From positions 1-39,373 of the forward strand of contig CAYSYJ010000002.1 of NCBI GenBank assembly GCA_964435105.1: a DNA stretch of 39,373 bases, written 5' to 3'. Both the position numbers and the translations under genes were made by a program. The notes under the pieces are model-generated. The model saw only the letters and a list, made by a program, of their open reading frames with translations, did not search any database and had not been told where the DNA came from. This DNA comes from an uncultured Elusimicrobiaceae bacterium (GTDB lineage: Bacteria > Elusimicrobiota > Elusimicrobia > Elusimicrobiales > UBA9959). Of the stretch, positions 1 to 8,783 are shown piece after piece (the stretch's first letter is position 1; each line of letters opens with the position of its first letter).

Positions 1-1503
1 GAATGCTCGCCGTACTATTACAAGGCCCGCGCCCGCAACGGCTCCGGTATCTACAGCGCCTTCGGCGCCACCACGCTCTTCATCACCCAGGCCAGCACGC
101 CTCTCGCGCCCGGCGGCCTGAACGCCGAGGCCCTGGACGGCGCCCGCATCAGGCTGGACTGGGAGCCCTCGCCCACGCCCTCGGTGTCCCGTTACAGCGT
201 CTACTACGACAATGCCGGCGGGAGCGTGGACTATGCCGTGCCGCTGGCCGTGTTCTCCTCCACCGTCACCAGCTGGACCACGCCGGCCCTGACCCCCGGC
301 GCCACCTATAAGTTCGCCGTGCGCGCCGGCGGCGGCTGCGGCGCCGAGGAGAAGAACGAATACGTGGCGGCATCGGCGCAGGCCGTGGGCCTGCTCAGCG
401 GCGTGCGGGCGGCTATCAAGGTTCCCCAGGCAGGCAAGCACGTGAAAGGCAACAGCGTGACCATAGTGGCCGAACTCACCCTCGGCCTGCCCTCGCAGGT
501 GTCGCAGGTGCGTTTCCAGTACAGCCCGGTCGGCGCCGGCGCCTGGACAGACGTGCCCGCCGCCAACCCCAACCACCCGAACCCCGACCTGGCCTGGCCC
601 TACTTCGTACACCTCGACGCCGACGCCCTGGGGGCCGGGACCTACGACCTGCGCGCCGTGGCCACCGACATCTACTCGGTGTCCGACCCCGCGGCCCCCA
701 CGATCGCCTTCGTGGTGGACCCGGTCAATTTCGAGATCAGCGAGAGCGTCTCCGGCGGCGAGCAGCGCAAGGAGCAGCGGGTCGTCAACACCGTGACCAG
801 CACCCTGCAGGCGGCCGACGATTCCACCGCCCTGGTCAGCAAGGTGGTCATCCCGGCCGGAGCCGTCACCGATTCCACCGCGGCGGTGACGCTGGTGACC
901 AACCCGGCCACCGTCCCGGCCCCGCCATCCGGCGCCGAGGCCCTGAACCTGGCGGTGAAGGTGAACCTCTCCAACGGCCAGAGCCAGCTGGCCTCCGGCA
1001 AGACCGCCGCGCTCAGCTTCACCTACAGGGACGACGACAATAACGGCCTGGTGGACGGCACCCTCTCCCAGGTGGAGCGCCTGCGCGTCTATACCGCGCC
1101 CGACGGCGGCGGCAGCTGGACCCTGCTGGCCACCACGGTGGACCGCGCCAACAAGACCATCACCGCCGCGACGCCGCATTTCAGCTACTTCTCCGTTTTC
1201 GCCGCCCCGGCCGCCGGCCTCAATTCCGCGAGGGTCTACCCGGTGCCCTGGCAGCCGGGCAGCGGCGGGCGCTTCGACGCGGCCGGCGTGACCTTCTCGG
1301 GCCTGCCGCAGACGGCGCGCATCAGGATCTACACGCTGGTAGGCGAGCTGGTGCGCCAGCTCGAGGTGGTGGCCGCCGACGCCGGCCAGAAGGTCTGGGA
1401 CGGCCGCAACTCCGAGGGCAGCAAGGCCGCCAGCGGCATCTACCTGGCGCTGATCAAGTCGGGTTCGGACGAGCGGACCCTTAAAGTGGCGGTGGAGAGA
1501 TGA
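1..1503 (+). CDS. 5'-truncated secreted/cell-surface protein with FN3/Ig-like repeats and a C-terminal FlgD-Ig / T9SS-type sorting domain
   Basis: Frame 1 is open from base 1 (ECSPYYYKARARNGSGIYSAF...RLDWEPSPTPSVSRYSVYYD, FN3-like), so the GTG at 184 in the track is internal. The C-terminus ARIRIYTLVGELVRQLEV...KVWDGRNSEGSKAASGIYLALIKSG looks like the beta-sandwich sorting domain of T9SS-type cargo. The stop overlaps the next start (ATGA at 1500-1503). Confidence 0.7.
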   Translation, partial: ECSPYYYKARARNGSGIYSAFGATTLFITQASTPLAPGGLNAEALDGARIRLDWEPSPTPSVSRYSVYYDNAGGSVDYAVPLAVFSSTVTSWTTPALTPGATYKFAVRAGGGCGAEEKNEYVAASAQAVGLLSGVRAAIKVPQAGKHVKGNSVTIVAELTLGLPSQVSQVRFQYSPVGAGAWTDVPAANPNHPNPDLAWPYFVHLDADALGAGTYDLRAVATDIYSVSDPAAPTIAFVVDPVNFEISESVSGGEQRKEQRVVNTVTSTLQAADDSTALVSKVVIPAGAVTDSTAAVTLVTNPATVPAPPSGAEALNLAVKVNLSNGQSQLASGKTAALSFTYRDDDNNGLVDGTLSQVERLRVYTAPDGGGSWTLLATTVDRANKTITAATPHFSYFSVFAAPAAGLNSARVYPVPWQPGSGGRFDAAGVTFSGLPQTARIRIYTLVGELVRQLEVVAADAGQKVWDGRNSEGSKAASGIYLALIKSGSDERTLKVAVER

Positions 1504-2507
1504 GAACGCTTTACGCCATCCTCGCTCTCTGCCTGGCCCTGGGCCAGGGCGCCTCCCTGCGCGCGGCCGACAACGGCACCACCTCCGGGACCTTCCTGCG
1601 CCTGCCCGCCAGCGCCGCCGGCACCGGCATGGCCGAGGCCGGCTCCGCCGTGGTGGCGGGCTCGCCGGCCATCTTCGCCAATCCCGCCGGCCTCTCCTCC
1701 GTGAAGGGCGGCTTCGCCTCCTTCTCGCACGCCGCCTGGGCGGACTCGCTCTCCTTCAACACCCTCAGCGCCGCCGCGCGCACCCCCTGGGGCGGCGTGG
1801 CCGGCCTGGGCCTGCGCTACCTCTCCTACGGCGACATAGCCTCGGTGGATAATACCGGCGCCGCGGCCGGGTCGCTCTCCCCGCGCGACATGGCGCTGGA
1901 GGCAGGCTGGGCCGACGACTTCGGCCATGGCCTGTCGGCCGGCTTCTCGGTGAAGCATATCAGCTCGCGCATCAAGCGCTCGGCCTCGGCCTACGCGGCC
2001 GACTTCGGCCTAACCCAGCGCGCCGGCCGCGTGGTGCTGGGCGCGGCCGTGCAGAACCTCGGCACCGGCCTCAAGTTCGGCGACACCGCCTACCCGCTGC
2101 CGCTCAATATCAAGGCCGGCCTGGGCGTGCCCGCCGGGCGCGACCTGCTCTACGTCTTCGACCTCAATATCACCCGCGGCGCCAGCCCCTGGCTGGCCCT
2201 GGGCGGCAAGTACACCTATTTCCTCCACGACGAGCTCGCGCTGGTGCTGCGCGGCGGCTACAATACCGCCTCGGTGGACACCGGCGGCATCAACGGCTTC
2301 GCGCTGGGCTTCGGCGTGTCGCTGCCCGATTTCGCCTTCGACTACGCCCTGCGCACCATGGGCGAGCTCGGCCCCACCCACCACCTGGGCGTCAGCTTCA
2401 AATGGGACGTGGTCTACCGCGAGACGGTGGACAATTACGGCCCGCCTCCGGCCCGCCGCAACGCCGTGCGCTCCCCGCGGACCTACCGCCAGCCCCGCTA
2501 CCGCTGA
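1500..2507 (+). CDS. PorV/PorQ-family outer-membrane beta-barrel protein
   Basis: Signal peptide MRTLYAILALCLALGQGASLRA, then GTFLRLPASAAGTGMAEAGSAVVAGSPAIFANPAGLS, the hallmark N-terminal motif of the PorV/PorQ family. Alternating beta-strand pattern. Translationally coupled to the upstream cargo gene. Confidence 0.7.
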   Translation: MRTLYAILALCLALGQGASLRAADNGTTSGTFLRLPASAAGTGMAEAGSAVVAGSPAIFANPAGLSSVKGGFASFSHAAWADSLSFNTLSAAARTPWGGVAGLGLRYLSYGDIASVDNTGAAAGSLSPRDMALEAGWADDFGHGLSAGFSVKHISSRIKRSASAYAADFGLTQRAGRVVLGAAVQNLGTGLKFGDTAYPLPLNIKAGLGVPAGRDLLYVFDLNITRGASPWLALGGKYTYFLHDELALVLRGGYNTASVDTGGINGFALGFGVSLPDFAFDYALRTMGELGPTHHLGVSFKWDVVYRETVDNYGPPPARRNAVRSPRTYRQPRYR

Positions 2508-2541
2508 ACCGCCGCCCCGGAATTTTGTTAAGATAGCGGGG

Positions 2542-3315
2542 ATGGGTTCAGAATCCTTTTTATTGCCCGCCGCCGGCCTGTTCGGCGGCATAGTGATGCT
2601 ACTGATCGGCCTGGCCAAGCGTTACAAGGCCAGCCGCCTGGCCGGCTACCGCCGCACCGCCACCGGCCAATTGCGCCCCGGCGAGAAGCAGCTGGTGAGC
2701 GGCCCCGCCGCCCGCCTGGCCGACCTGACGGCCCCGATCTCCAAGAAAAACTGCGTCTTCTACCGCGAGGACGTGGAGCGCCTGGTGGTAAGGACCGGCC
2801 GCAAGCACGCCTCCACGCAGTGGGTCAAGGAAGGCACCAACGCCGTGGGCGGCTTCCGCCTCGACGACGGCAGCGGCGGGGTGCTGGTCTTCCCCAGCCC
2901 CGGCTGCCTGGATTTTTCCCGCGAAGCCCTGACCGAGGACAGCGACATCGTGGCCACCGAGGGCTCCCTGCGCCGCACCGAACAGGCCCTGTTCGACGGC
3001 GACCAGGTGACCGTCATCGGCGTGCCGGTGACGCTGGCTAGGGTGATGGAGAGCGTGCGCGCCGGCGCGCAGCTGAACCTGCCCACCGACCTGCTGGGCG
3101 CCCTGGTAAAGCTCGAGAAGGAAGGCGGCGCCGACACGCCCTGCTTCTTCGGCCAGTCCATCGGCACGCTGGCCGACCTGGGCTACGGGGAATACTCCGC
3201 CGAGACCTCCTCTTCGGCCAAATTCTACCTGCAGGCCGGCGGGCTGCTGGCCGGCCTGGGCGCGGCGATGCTTATCTATCTGCTGGTTCAGTCGACGCCT
3301 TCTTCGGAGTTTTAA
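2542..3315 (+). CDS. Membrane protein with N- and C-terminal TM helices (possibly GIDE-like)
   Basis: TM helices LLPAAGLFGGIVMLLIGL and LQAGGLLAGLGAAMLIYLLV flank a soluble core (APISKKNCVFYREDVERLV). The topology resembles bacterial GIDE-domain proteins. The function call is tentative. Confidence 0.5.
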   Translation: MGSESFLLPAAGLFGGIVMLLIGLAKRYKASRLAGYRRTATGQLRPGEKQLVSGPAARLADLTAPISKKNCVFYREDVERLVVRTGRKHASTQWVKEGTNAVGGFRLDDGSGGVLVFPSPGCLDFSREALTEDSDIVATEGSLRRTEQALFDGDQVTVIGVPVTLARVMESVRAGAQLNLPTDLLGALVKLEKEGGADTPCFFGQSIGTLADLGYGEYSAETSSSAKFYLQAGGLLAGLGAAMLIYLLVQSTPSSEF

Positions 3316-3327
3316 AAGGGGGAACTT

Positions 3328-3906
3328 ATGAACGTTAAAGATACCATGGAAGCGCGGCGCTCCTACCGGGCCCTGGGCCCGGCGGAGATCTCCGACGAGA
3401 CTATAAAGGAACTGGCGCGCGCGGCGCAGCTCGCGCCGTCCTGCTTCAACAACCAGCCGTGGCGCTTCGTTTTCGCTCGCTCGCCGCAGGCGCTGGCCAA
3501 GGTGCACGCCTGCCTGAGCAAGGGCAATGAGTGGGCGCGCAATGGCTCCTGCGTCGTGGCCGCTTTCGCCCGCAAGGACTACGACTGCGTCATCAAGGAG
3601 CGGGAATACTACCTCTTCGACCTGGGCCAGGCGGCCTTCGCCCTGCAGCTGCGCGCTACGGAGCTGGGCCTGGTGGCCCACCCCATCGCCGGCTTCGACA
3701 ATGAGAAGGTGCGCCAGGAGCTGGGCATCCCCGAGGGCAATATGGTGCTGGCGCTTATCGTGCTGGGCAAGAAGAGCGCCGACAAGAGCGGCCTCAACGA
3801 GTACCAGGCCGCCGGCGAGGACGAGCGCCCCGAGCGCCTGTCCCTCGAAACCTTTTACGCCGTGGACGCTTACGACGCGCGCATGGCGGCCAAACCCAAG
3901 CGTTAG
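3328..3906 (+). CDS. Nitroreductase-family oxidoreductase
   Basis: RRSYRALGP...[26 protein letters not shown] is the classic nitroreductase N-terminal motif. A GGGGGA RBS lies upstream of the ATG. Confidence 0.85.
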   Translation: MNVKDTMEARRSYRALGPAEISDETIKELARAAQLAPSCFNNQPWRFVFARSPQALAKVHACLSKGNEWARNGSCVVAAFARKDYDCVIKEREYYLFDLGQAAFALQLRATELGLVAHPIAGFDNEKVRQELGIPEGNMVLALIVLGKKSADKSGLNEYQAAGEDERPERLSLETFYAVDAYDARMAAKPKR

Positions 3907-3914
3907 GAGGACAG

Positions 3915-4265
3915 ATGTCAGACGAACCCGTGATCACCAAGTCGGGGCTGCAGTATCTCGATATAGAGGTCGGGCAGGGCGCCACGGCCGTGGCCGGCAA
4001 GGAAGTGACGGTGCATTATACCGGCACCCTGCGCGGCGGCAAGAAATTCGACAGCTCGGTGGACAGGGACGAGCCTTTCAGCTTCAAGCTGGGCGCGGGC
4101 TATGTCATAAAGGGCTGGGACGAGGGCGTGGCCGGCATGCGCATAGGCGGCAAGCGCCGGCTCATCATCCCGCCGGAGCTGGGCTACGGCTCGCGCGGCG
4201 CGGGCGAAGTAATACCTCCCGGCGCCACGCTGTTCTTCGAGGTGGAGCTGCTGGCGGTGGAGTAG
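3915..4265 (+). CDS. FKBP-type peptidyl-prolyl cis-trans isomerase
   Basis: [62 protein letters not shown]...[13 protein letters not shown] matches the FKBP_C domain almost residue for residue. RBS AGGAGG. Confidence 0.9.
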   Translation: MSDEPVITKSGLQYLDIEVGQGATAVAGKEVTVHYTGTLRGGKKFDSSVDRDEPFSFKLGAGYVIKGWDEGVAGMRIGGKRRLIIPPELGYGSRGAGEVIPPGATLFFEVELLAVE

Positions 4266-4285
4266 GCCCGCCGCGGCGGCAAAAG

Positions 4286-4313
4286 AAAAACCCCGGGTGA
4301 GCCCGGGGTTTTT
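4286..4313. terminator. Bidirectional intrinsic terminator between convergent genes
   Basis: aaaaaccccggg-tgag-cccggggttttt: a perfect 12-bp stem with an A-tract on one side and a T-tract on the other. Confidence 0.75.
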
Positions 4314-4330
4314 CATTTGGGGGGGATCTT

Positions 4331-6274
4331 TCAGTAGGGCTTGGCCAGCAGGTCCGGGCGCAGCACCGTGACTTTGCCGTTCTTCTGGTAGCGCACCACC
4401 GTCACGGGGATGTCCAGCGGGTCGCGCAGGCCGCCCTCCCTGTCTACCTGGTCGAAGGTCATCTCCATGCCCGCCGGCAGCGGGCCGCCGGCCTTCCACT
4501 TGCGGTACTCTTTCGCCAGCCACTCCGGCAGCTTGAGCGGGCAGGGGAACAAATAATTGCCCGGCGCCAGGTAGAGGGCGCCCATGCCCGGGTCCACGGT
4601 GAAATCCACGTAGTCGGTATCGGGCGTGAGGCCCATCCAGAGCTGGCCGGCCGGGAAATCCGGCGTGGTAAAGAAGACGCCGTGCAGGTCCTGGTAATAG
4701 TCGGCGCGATGCGATTCCGGCACGATGTAAGGGCGGGGGCCCGCTTTCAGTACGCCGCTCTGCACTATGAGGTCCACCACCGGCTTGCCGTCCGCCTGCG
4801 CGTTGGAGGTCCAGTGGCGCATTATGCCCGTCTCGGCCGGCCGCACCCGGCGCACCTGGGCCGGCGCGCCCTGGTAATAATATTTGTCCTGCCCGTCCAT
4901 GCCGCCGTCGGTAAAACCGACCTGCGTGAGCTTGCCGGCCAGGGCGGCCAGCCGCGCGGCCTGCCGCGAGGTGTAGGCCACGGCCTCCGGCGCCGCCGCG
5001 GCGCGCGTCCCGGCGGACTTTATCTGCTGCAGCGGGGAACCGTCGAACTTGGCGGCCACGGCGTCCAGCGCTGCCTCGGCCAGCGCCGGGTCTTTGCCGT
5101 AAATTTTCAGCAGGCGGGCGGCGAGGTCGCGCGAATAGGCGTTGCGCGGCAGCCAGTACTCGCGCAGGATCTTGTCGGCGTTGCCCTGCGCGTGCGGCGA
5201 GGAGAGCAGCTCCGTCTCCACGCTCTGGTTGGCCTGGTCGCGCAGGCTCTCCAGGCGGTGATAGTAGGCCTTCAGCACCGGGTTGCCGCCGCGGCCCAGC
5301 GCGCCCCAGTCCGAGACCAGGTTCTCGAGCAGGCGCTCGGTGAAATAGCCCAGCTCCTTGGAGAAGGCCCAGCGCGGGGCCTGCTTCTCGATACTCTCCG
5401 TCAGGAAGATTATGGCCTCGACTTTGGCGGCTTCATCCGCGGAGGCCTGGCCGAACTCGTAGGAGGCGCCGGTGGGGCGCCAGGCTTCGGTGCGCTTCAC
5501 CTCGTCGGAGTCGTTGAAAGGGCTGCCGGAATCGAAAGGCCCCGGCCGCCATTCGAAAGGCTCGGGATAATAGACCTTCTCCAGCCGGGCTATGCGGTAG
5601 CTGTGCTGCTTGAGATAGCTCTTCTTGTGGAAAACAAGACCGCCGCCCAGGTAATAGGCGCCGTGGTCGCCGTCGTTGAGCACCAGCACGTCGCCGGGCT
5701 TGAGGGCGCCCGCGGGGACTTTCTTGAAATACATGGCCAGCAGCTGGTCCGCCTCGTGATTGCCCACGTGGCGCAGGCGGGCCGGGTCCATGAGCCCGGC
5801 CGCGGTAAAGGCCGCGTTGAAACAGTTGGGCCCGCCGAAGTTGGGGTCGCGGTTGAAAAGCTCGCGCACATTGGCCGGCAGGAAGGCGTTGACCGAGAAG
5901 AGCCTGGCCCCGGGATTGGCGGCGGCGAATTCGACCTCGGCCCTGGCCGAGGGCTGCAGCGGCGCCGGGGCCGCGGAGGGCGGCGCGCCGAAGGCCGCCC
6001 GCAGGCGGCCGGTCAAAGTTTGAAAGTTGTCGCCGGGGCGCAGGGCCGCCAGCAGCTGCCTGCCGCAGCCGATATGGGGCACGGCCACCTCCACGCCGTC
6101 CACCGCGTAGACGGCGTAACAGGCGGCGGCTCTTTGCGCGGGCGGCAGGGCCGGCGCCGGCGGGGCGGCGGGCTCGGCCTGCAGCAGCGCGGGGGCGCGC
6201 AGGGCGGGCAGTTCGAAAGCGGGCAGGGCGTAAGGGACCAGCAGCAGCGCTGGCAGCAAGGCGGCCTTTAACAT
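4331..6274 (-). CDS. Secreted hypothetical protein with an NlpC/P60- or papain-like Cys/His motif and a large unknown C-terminal region
   Basis: Long ORF with normal composition. I prefer the internal ATG at 6274, which gives the signal peptide MLKAALLPALLLVPYALPA. Candidate nucleophile GGPNCFNAAF and downstream GDVLVLNDGDHGAYYLGGGLVFHKKS. Function is not established. Confidence 0.6.
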   Translation of the reverse strand: MLKAALLPALLLVPYALPAFELPALRAPALLQAEPAAPPAPALPPAQRAAACYAVYAVDGVEVAVPHIGCGRQLLAALRPGDNFQTLTGRLRAAFGAPPSAAPAPLQPSARAEVEFAAANPGARLFSVNAFLPANVRELFNRDPNFGGPNCFNAAFTAAGLMDPARLRHVGNHEADQLLAMYFKKVPAGALKPGDVLVLNDGDHGAYYLGGGLVFHKKSYLKQHSYRIARLEKVYYPEPFEWRPGPFDSGSPFNDSDEVKRTEAWRPTGASYEFGQASADEAAKVEAIIFLTESIEKQAPRWAFSKELGYFTERLLENLVSDWGALGRGGNPVLKAYYHRLESLRDQANQSVETELLSSPHAQGNADKILREYWLPRNAYSRDLAARLLKIYGKDPALAEAALDAVAAKFDGSPLQQIKSAGTRAAAAPEAVAYTSRQAARLAALAGKLTQVGFTDGGMDGQDKYYYQGAPAQVRRVRPAETGIMRHWTSNAQADGKPVVDLIVQSGVLKAGPRPYIVPESHRADYYQDLHGVFFTTPDFPAGQLWMGLTPDTDYVDFTVDPGMGALYLAPGNYLFPCPLKLPEWLAKEYRKWKAGGPLPAGMEMTFDQVDREGGLRDPLDIPVTVVRYQKNGKVTVLRPDLLAKPY

Positions 6275-6360
6275 AGATATAGTATAGACCCGCGGCGCCG
6301 CGGGCATAAGGGCCATTGGTTCGCCGATCTTGCGGGCCCAAAGGCCCAGCGGCGGGCCGG

Positions 6361-6389
6361 TTCAAAACCGCCGCCTAATAGGGTAGAAT
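6361..6389 (+). promoter_or_regulatory. Sigma70-type promoter TTCAAA-N17-TAGAAT for zupT
   Basis: TTCAAA at 6361-6366 and TAGAAT at 6384-6389. The ATG at 6399 lies only 9 nt downstream and has no SD, which implies a very short or absent leader. Confidence 0.4.
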
Positions 6390-6398
6390 CTAACGGAT

Positions 6399-7295
6399 AT
6401 GGGGAATGTCTGGTACGCCCTCGGGCTCACCCTGTTCGCCGGCATGGCCACCGGCGTGGGCAGCCTCATCGCCTTCGCGGCCAAAAAGACCAACCACCGC
6501 TTTCTCTCCGTCTCCACCGGCTTTTCGGCCGGCGTCATGCTGTACGTCTCTTTCGTGGAGATCTTCCATAAGGGCACGGCGGCGCTCACGGCCGCCTACG
6601 GCGAACCCTGGGGCCACTGGGCCAACGCGGCGGGTTTCTTCGGCGGCATGCTATTCATCGGCCTCATCGACAACCTGGTCCCTTCCTCCGAGAACCCGCA
6701 CGAGACGCACAGCGAGGCCGAGGAGGCGCCCCTGCACGACCCGCGCGCCCATGTGCCGACGGCCGCCGAATGCCGCGCCGCCACCGCCGAGGGCGTGCCC
6801 GGCGCCCACGAGCATATCCGCAAAGGCAAGCTGCTGCGCATGGGGCTGTTCACGGCGCTCGCCATCACCATCCACAACCTGCCCGAGGGCCTGGCCACCT
6901 TCCTGGCCGCCTTGAGCGAGCCGGGCCTGGGCGTTGCCATAGCCGTGGCCGTGGCCCTGCACAATATCCCCGAGGGCGTGAGCGTGAGCGTGCCCATCTT
7001 CTACGCCACCGGCGACAGGCGCAAGGCCTTCCTCTACTCCTTCCTGAGCGGCCTGGCCGAGCCCGTCGGGGCCGGCCTGGCCTACCTGCTGATCCTCTTT
7101 TTCCTGCCGGCCGGTTCGCCGGTGCCGCCGCAGGTCACCGGCCTGATGTTCGCCGGCGTGGCCGGCGTCATGGTCTATATCAGCCTCGACGAGCTGCTGC
7201 CTACCAGCCGGGCCTATGGCCGCGGCCACGACAGCCTGCTGGGGCTGGCCGGCGGCATGCTGGTGATGTCGCTGAGCCTGCTGCTGATGAAATAG
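6399..7295 (+). CDS. zupT: ZIP-family zinc transporter ZupT
   Basis: [56 protein letters not shown] and ISLDELLP are colinear with E. coli ZupT. A longer His/Glu-rich cytoplasmic loop is present ([23 protein letters not shown]). Confidence 0.88.
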   Translation: MGNVWYALGLTLFAGMATGVGSLIAFAAKKTNHRFLSVSTGFSAGVMLYVSFVEIFHKGTAALTAAYGEPWGHWANAAGFFGGMLFIGLIDNLVPSSENPHETHSEAEEAPLHDPRAHVPTAAECRAATAEGVPGAHEHIRKGKLLRMGLFTALAITIHNLPEGLATFLAALSEPGLGVAIAVAVALHNIPEGVSVSVPIFYATGDRRKAFLYSFLSGLAEPVGAGLAYLLILFFLPAGSPVPPQVTGLMFAGVAGVMVYISLDELLPTSRAYGRGHDSLLGLAGGMLVMSLSLLLMK

Positions 7296-7303
7296 GAGCG
7301 TTT

Positions 7304-7966
7304 ATGCCGATCATGGAACTGGACGCCGCCCAGGCCCGCGCGCTGGGCTCCCTCGCCGAGAAATCCATCACCACCCGGGAGCAGTACCCGCTCACCTTCA
7401 ATTCCCTGCTCGCCGCCTGCAACCAGAAGAGCAGCCGCGAGCCGGTGATGACGCTGGACCAGGATTCGCTGGGCCGCGCCGTGCAGGGCCTGATCGAAAA
7501 AGGCCTGGTTGAGCGCCAGCAGGCCCCCGGCGAACGCGTGCCCAAGTTCCGCCACGATATAGGCAAGTTGCTGGGCTCCGACGATGCCCGCGTGATCGCG
7601 GTGGCCACCCTGCTGCTGCTGCGCGGACCGCAGACGCCCGGCGAGCTCAAGACCCGCTCCGAGCGGCTCTGCCAGTTCGCCTCCACCGCCGAGGTGGAAG
7701 GCCTGCTGCAGGAGCTTTGCGCGGCGCCCGAACCTTTCGTTGCCCGCCTGCCGCGCCAGCACGGCCAGAAAGAGACCCGCTATACCCACCTGTTCTCTCC
7801 TATCGAGGCGAAACCTCCTATTGAGGCTTCGCCTCGATATGAGGAGGCCGCGGCGCCGGCACAGGCCGCGCTCCCGGCCCCCGGCCCGGACCGTCTCGCC
7901 GCCCTCGAGGCCCGCGTGGCCGCGCTCGAGGCCGCCCTGAAAGCCCTGGGGGAAAAAGCCGCCTAG
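7304..7966 (+). CDS. yceH: YceH-family (DUF480) protein
   Basis: LDAAQARALGSLAEKSITTREQYPLTFNSLLAACNQKSSREPVM...LLLRGPQTPGELKTRSERL...RYTHLFS is colinear with E. coli YceH. The real start is the ATG at 7304 (RBS AGGAG). The track ORF beginning at 6770 is an upstream read-through of the same frame across zupT. Confidence 0.8.
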   Translation: MPIMELDAAQARALGSLAEKSITTREQYPLTFNSLLAACNQKSSREPVMTLDQDSLGRAVQGLIEKGLVERQQAPGERVPKFRHDIGKLLGSDDARVIAVATLLLLRGPQTPGELKTRSERLCQFASTAEVEGLLQELCAAPEPFVARLPRQHGQKETRYTHLFSPIEAKPPIEASPRYEEAAAPAQAALPAPGPDRLAALEARVAALEAALKALGEKAA

Positions 7967-7988
7967 GAGGCGCGCGAGTAAGGCCGCT

Positions 7989-8747
7989 ATGAAAAAACTC
8001 CTGCTGCTCCTTACCCTGCTGGCCGGCGCTTTTGGCGCCGCCGCCGCCGGGCGCGTGATAGAGCGCGAGACCGTCTGCCCCGTCTGCGGCAAGGCCTTTT
8101 ACGCCGAGCTGGAGCTCAACGCCTCTTCCGACGGCGCCCTGCGCCTGGACCTGCGCCACGGCGAGGAACCGCCTGCCCGCCTGCCCGACTGCCCCGTCTG
8201 CGGCTTCATCGTTTACCAGGCAGGCTTCAGGCAGGCCGAGGCCGCCGCGGCCCGGGCCTTCGTGTACGGCCCCGACTACCGCAAGGCCCTCAAGCGCGGC
8301 AGCTACCACCGCGCCGGCCTGCTCTACGCCAGACTCGGCAAGCCGCCCTTCTCCACCGCCAGCCAGTTCCTTAAGGCCTCCTGGCAGGAAGAGGCCGACC
8401 CGGCCCTGGAGGCCGAGAACCAGGCGCTGGCCCTGCGCTGGTACACCGAGGCCATAGACAAGGATACCGAGCGGGACGAGGAATGGGAGAAGGCCAATTT
8501 GCTGCGCGGCGAGCTGCTGCGCCGCCTGGGCCGCTTCGACGAGGCCGCCGACCATTTCAGCGCCATCAAGCAGGACCCTGCCTTCCGCAATAAGCTGCTT
8601 TCGCAGATCATCGCCTACCAGCGGGGCCTCTGCGCCATCAAGGACGGCGACCCGCATTTCCTCTCCGAAATCGGCTCGCCGGTAAAGAAGCGCAACGCCT
8701 GGCTGCGCCGCCTGCGCGCCCGCCTCTCCGGCATGTTCGACAAATAA
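7989..8747 (+). CDS. Secreted hypothetical protein with a CxxC...CxxC zinc-ribbon-like motif and a helical (TPR-like) C-terminus
   Basis: Signal peptide MKKLLLLLTLLAGAFGAAAAG. CPVCGKAF...CPVCGF pair. Helical repeat-like remainder. Confidence 0.55.
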   Translation: MKKLLLLLTLLAGAFGAAAAGRVIERETVCPVCGKAFYAELELNASSDGALRLDLRHGEEPPARLPDCPVCGFIVYQAGFRQAEAAAARAFVYGPDYRKALKRGSYHRAGLLYARLGKPPFSTASQFLKASWQEEADPALEAENQALALRWYTEAIDKDTERDEEWEKANLLRGELLRRLGRFDEAADHFSAIKQDPAFRNKLLSQIIAYQRGLCAIKDGDPHFLSEIGSPVKKRNAWLRRLRARLSGMFDK

Positions 8748-8771
8748 AAGGCCCGCCCCCGGCGGGGGCGG
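8746..8771 (-). terminator. Intrinsic terminator serving the minus-strand TonB-dependent receptor gene
   Basis: ccgccccc-ggc-gggggcgg hairpin. On the minus strand it is followed by gccTTTTATTTG. Confidence 0.5.
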
Positions 8772-8783
8772 TAAGCCCGGGAA

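Noticed and set aside
3-311. 102-aa ORF in frame 3 at the window start.
   Set aside because: It has an Arg/Pro-rich nonsense-like composition. Frame 1 is open from base 1 and continues the FN3-like protein, so this ORF is an out-of-frame artefact.
2599-3681. Long minus-strand ORF (360 aa). Similar long antisense or alternate-frame ORFs lie at 1440-1958, 2010-2618, 3527-4300, 3918-4523, 4682-6271, 5433-6365, 6651-7229, 7214-8092, 7818-8657, 11070-11954, 12105-13028, 14266-14895, 14914-15654, 16697-17818, 17876-18526, 18685-19680, 19774-20706, 24784-25509, 29790-31163, 32720-34381 and 34757-36154.
   Set aside because: These are shadow ORFs typical of high-GC DNA. They are Arg/Gly/Ala/Pro-dominated with no motifs, and each overlaps a gene on the other strand or frame whose product has clear family signatures.
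6770-7303. N-terminal 178 aa of the track ORF 6770-7966.
   Set aside because: It overlaps zupT in another frame and is Arg/Pro-rich. Homology to YceH begins exactly at the ATG at 7304, which has its own RBS.
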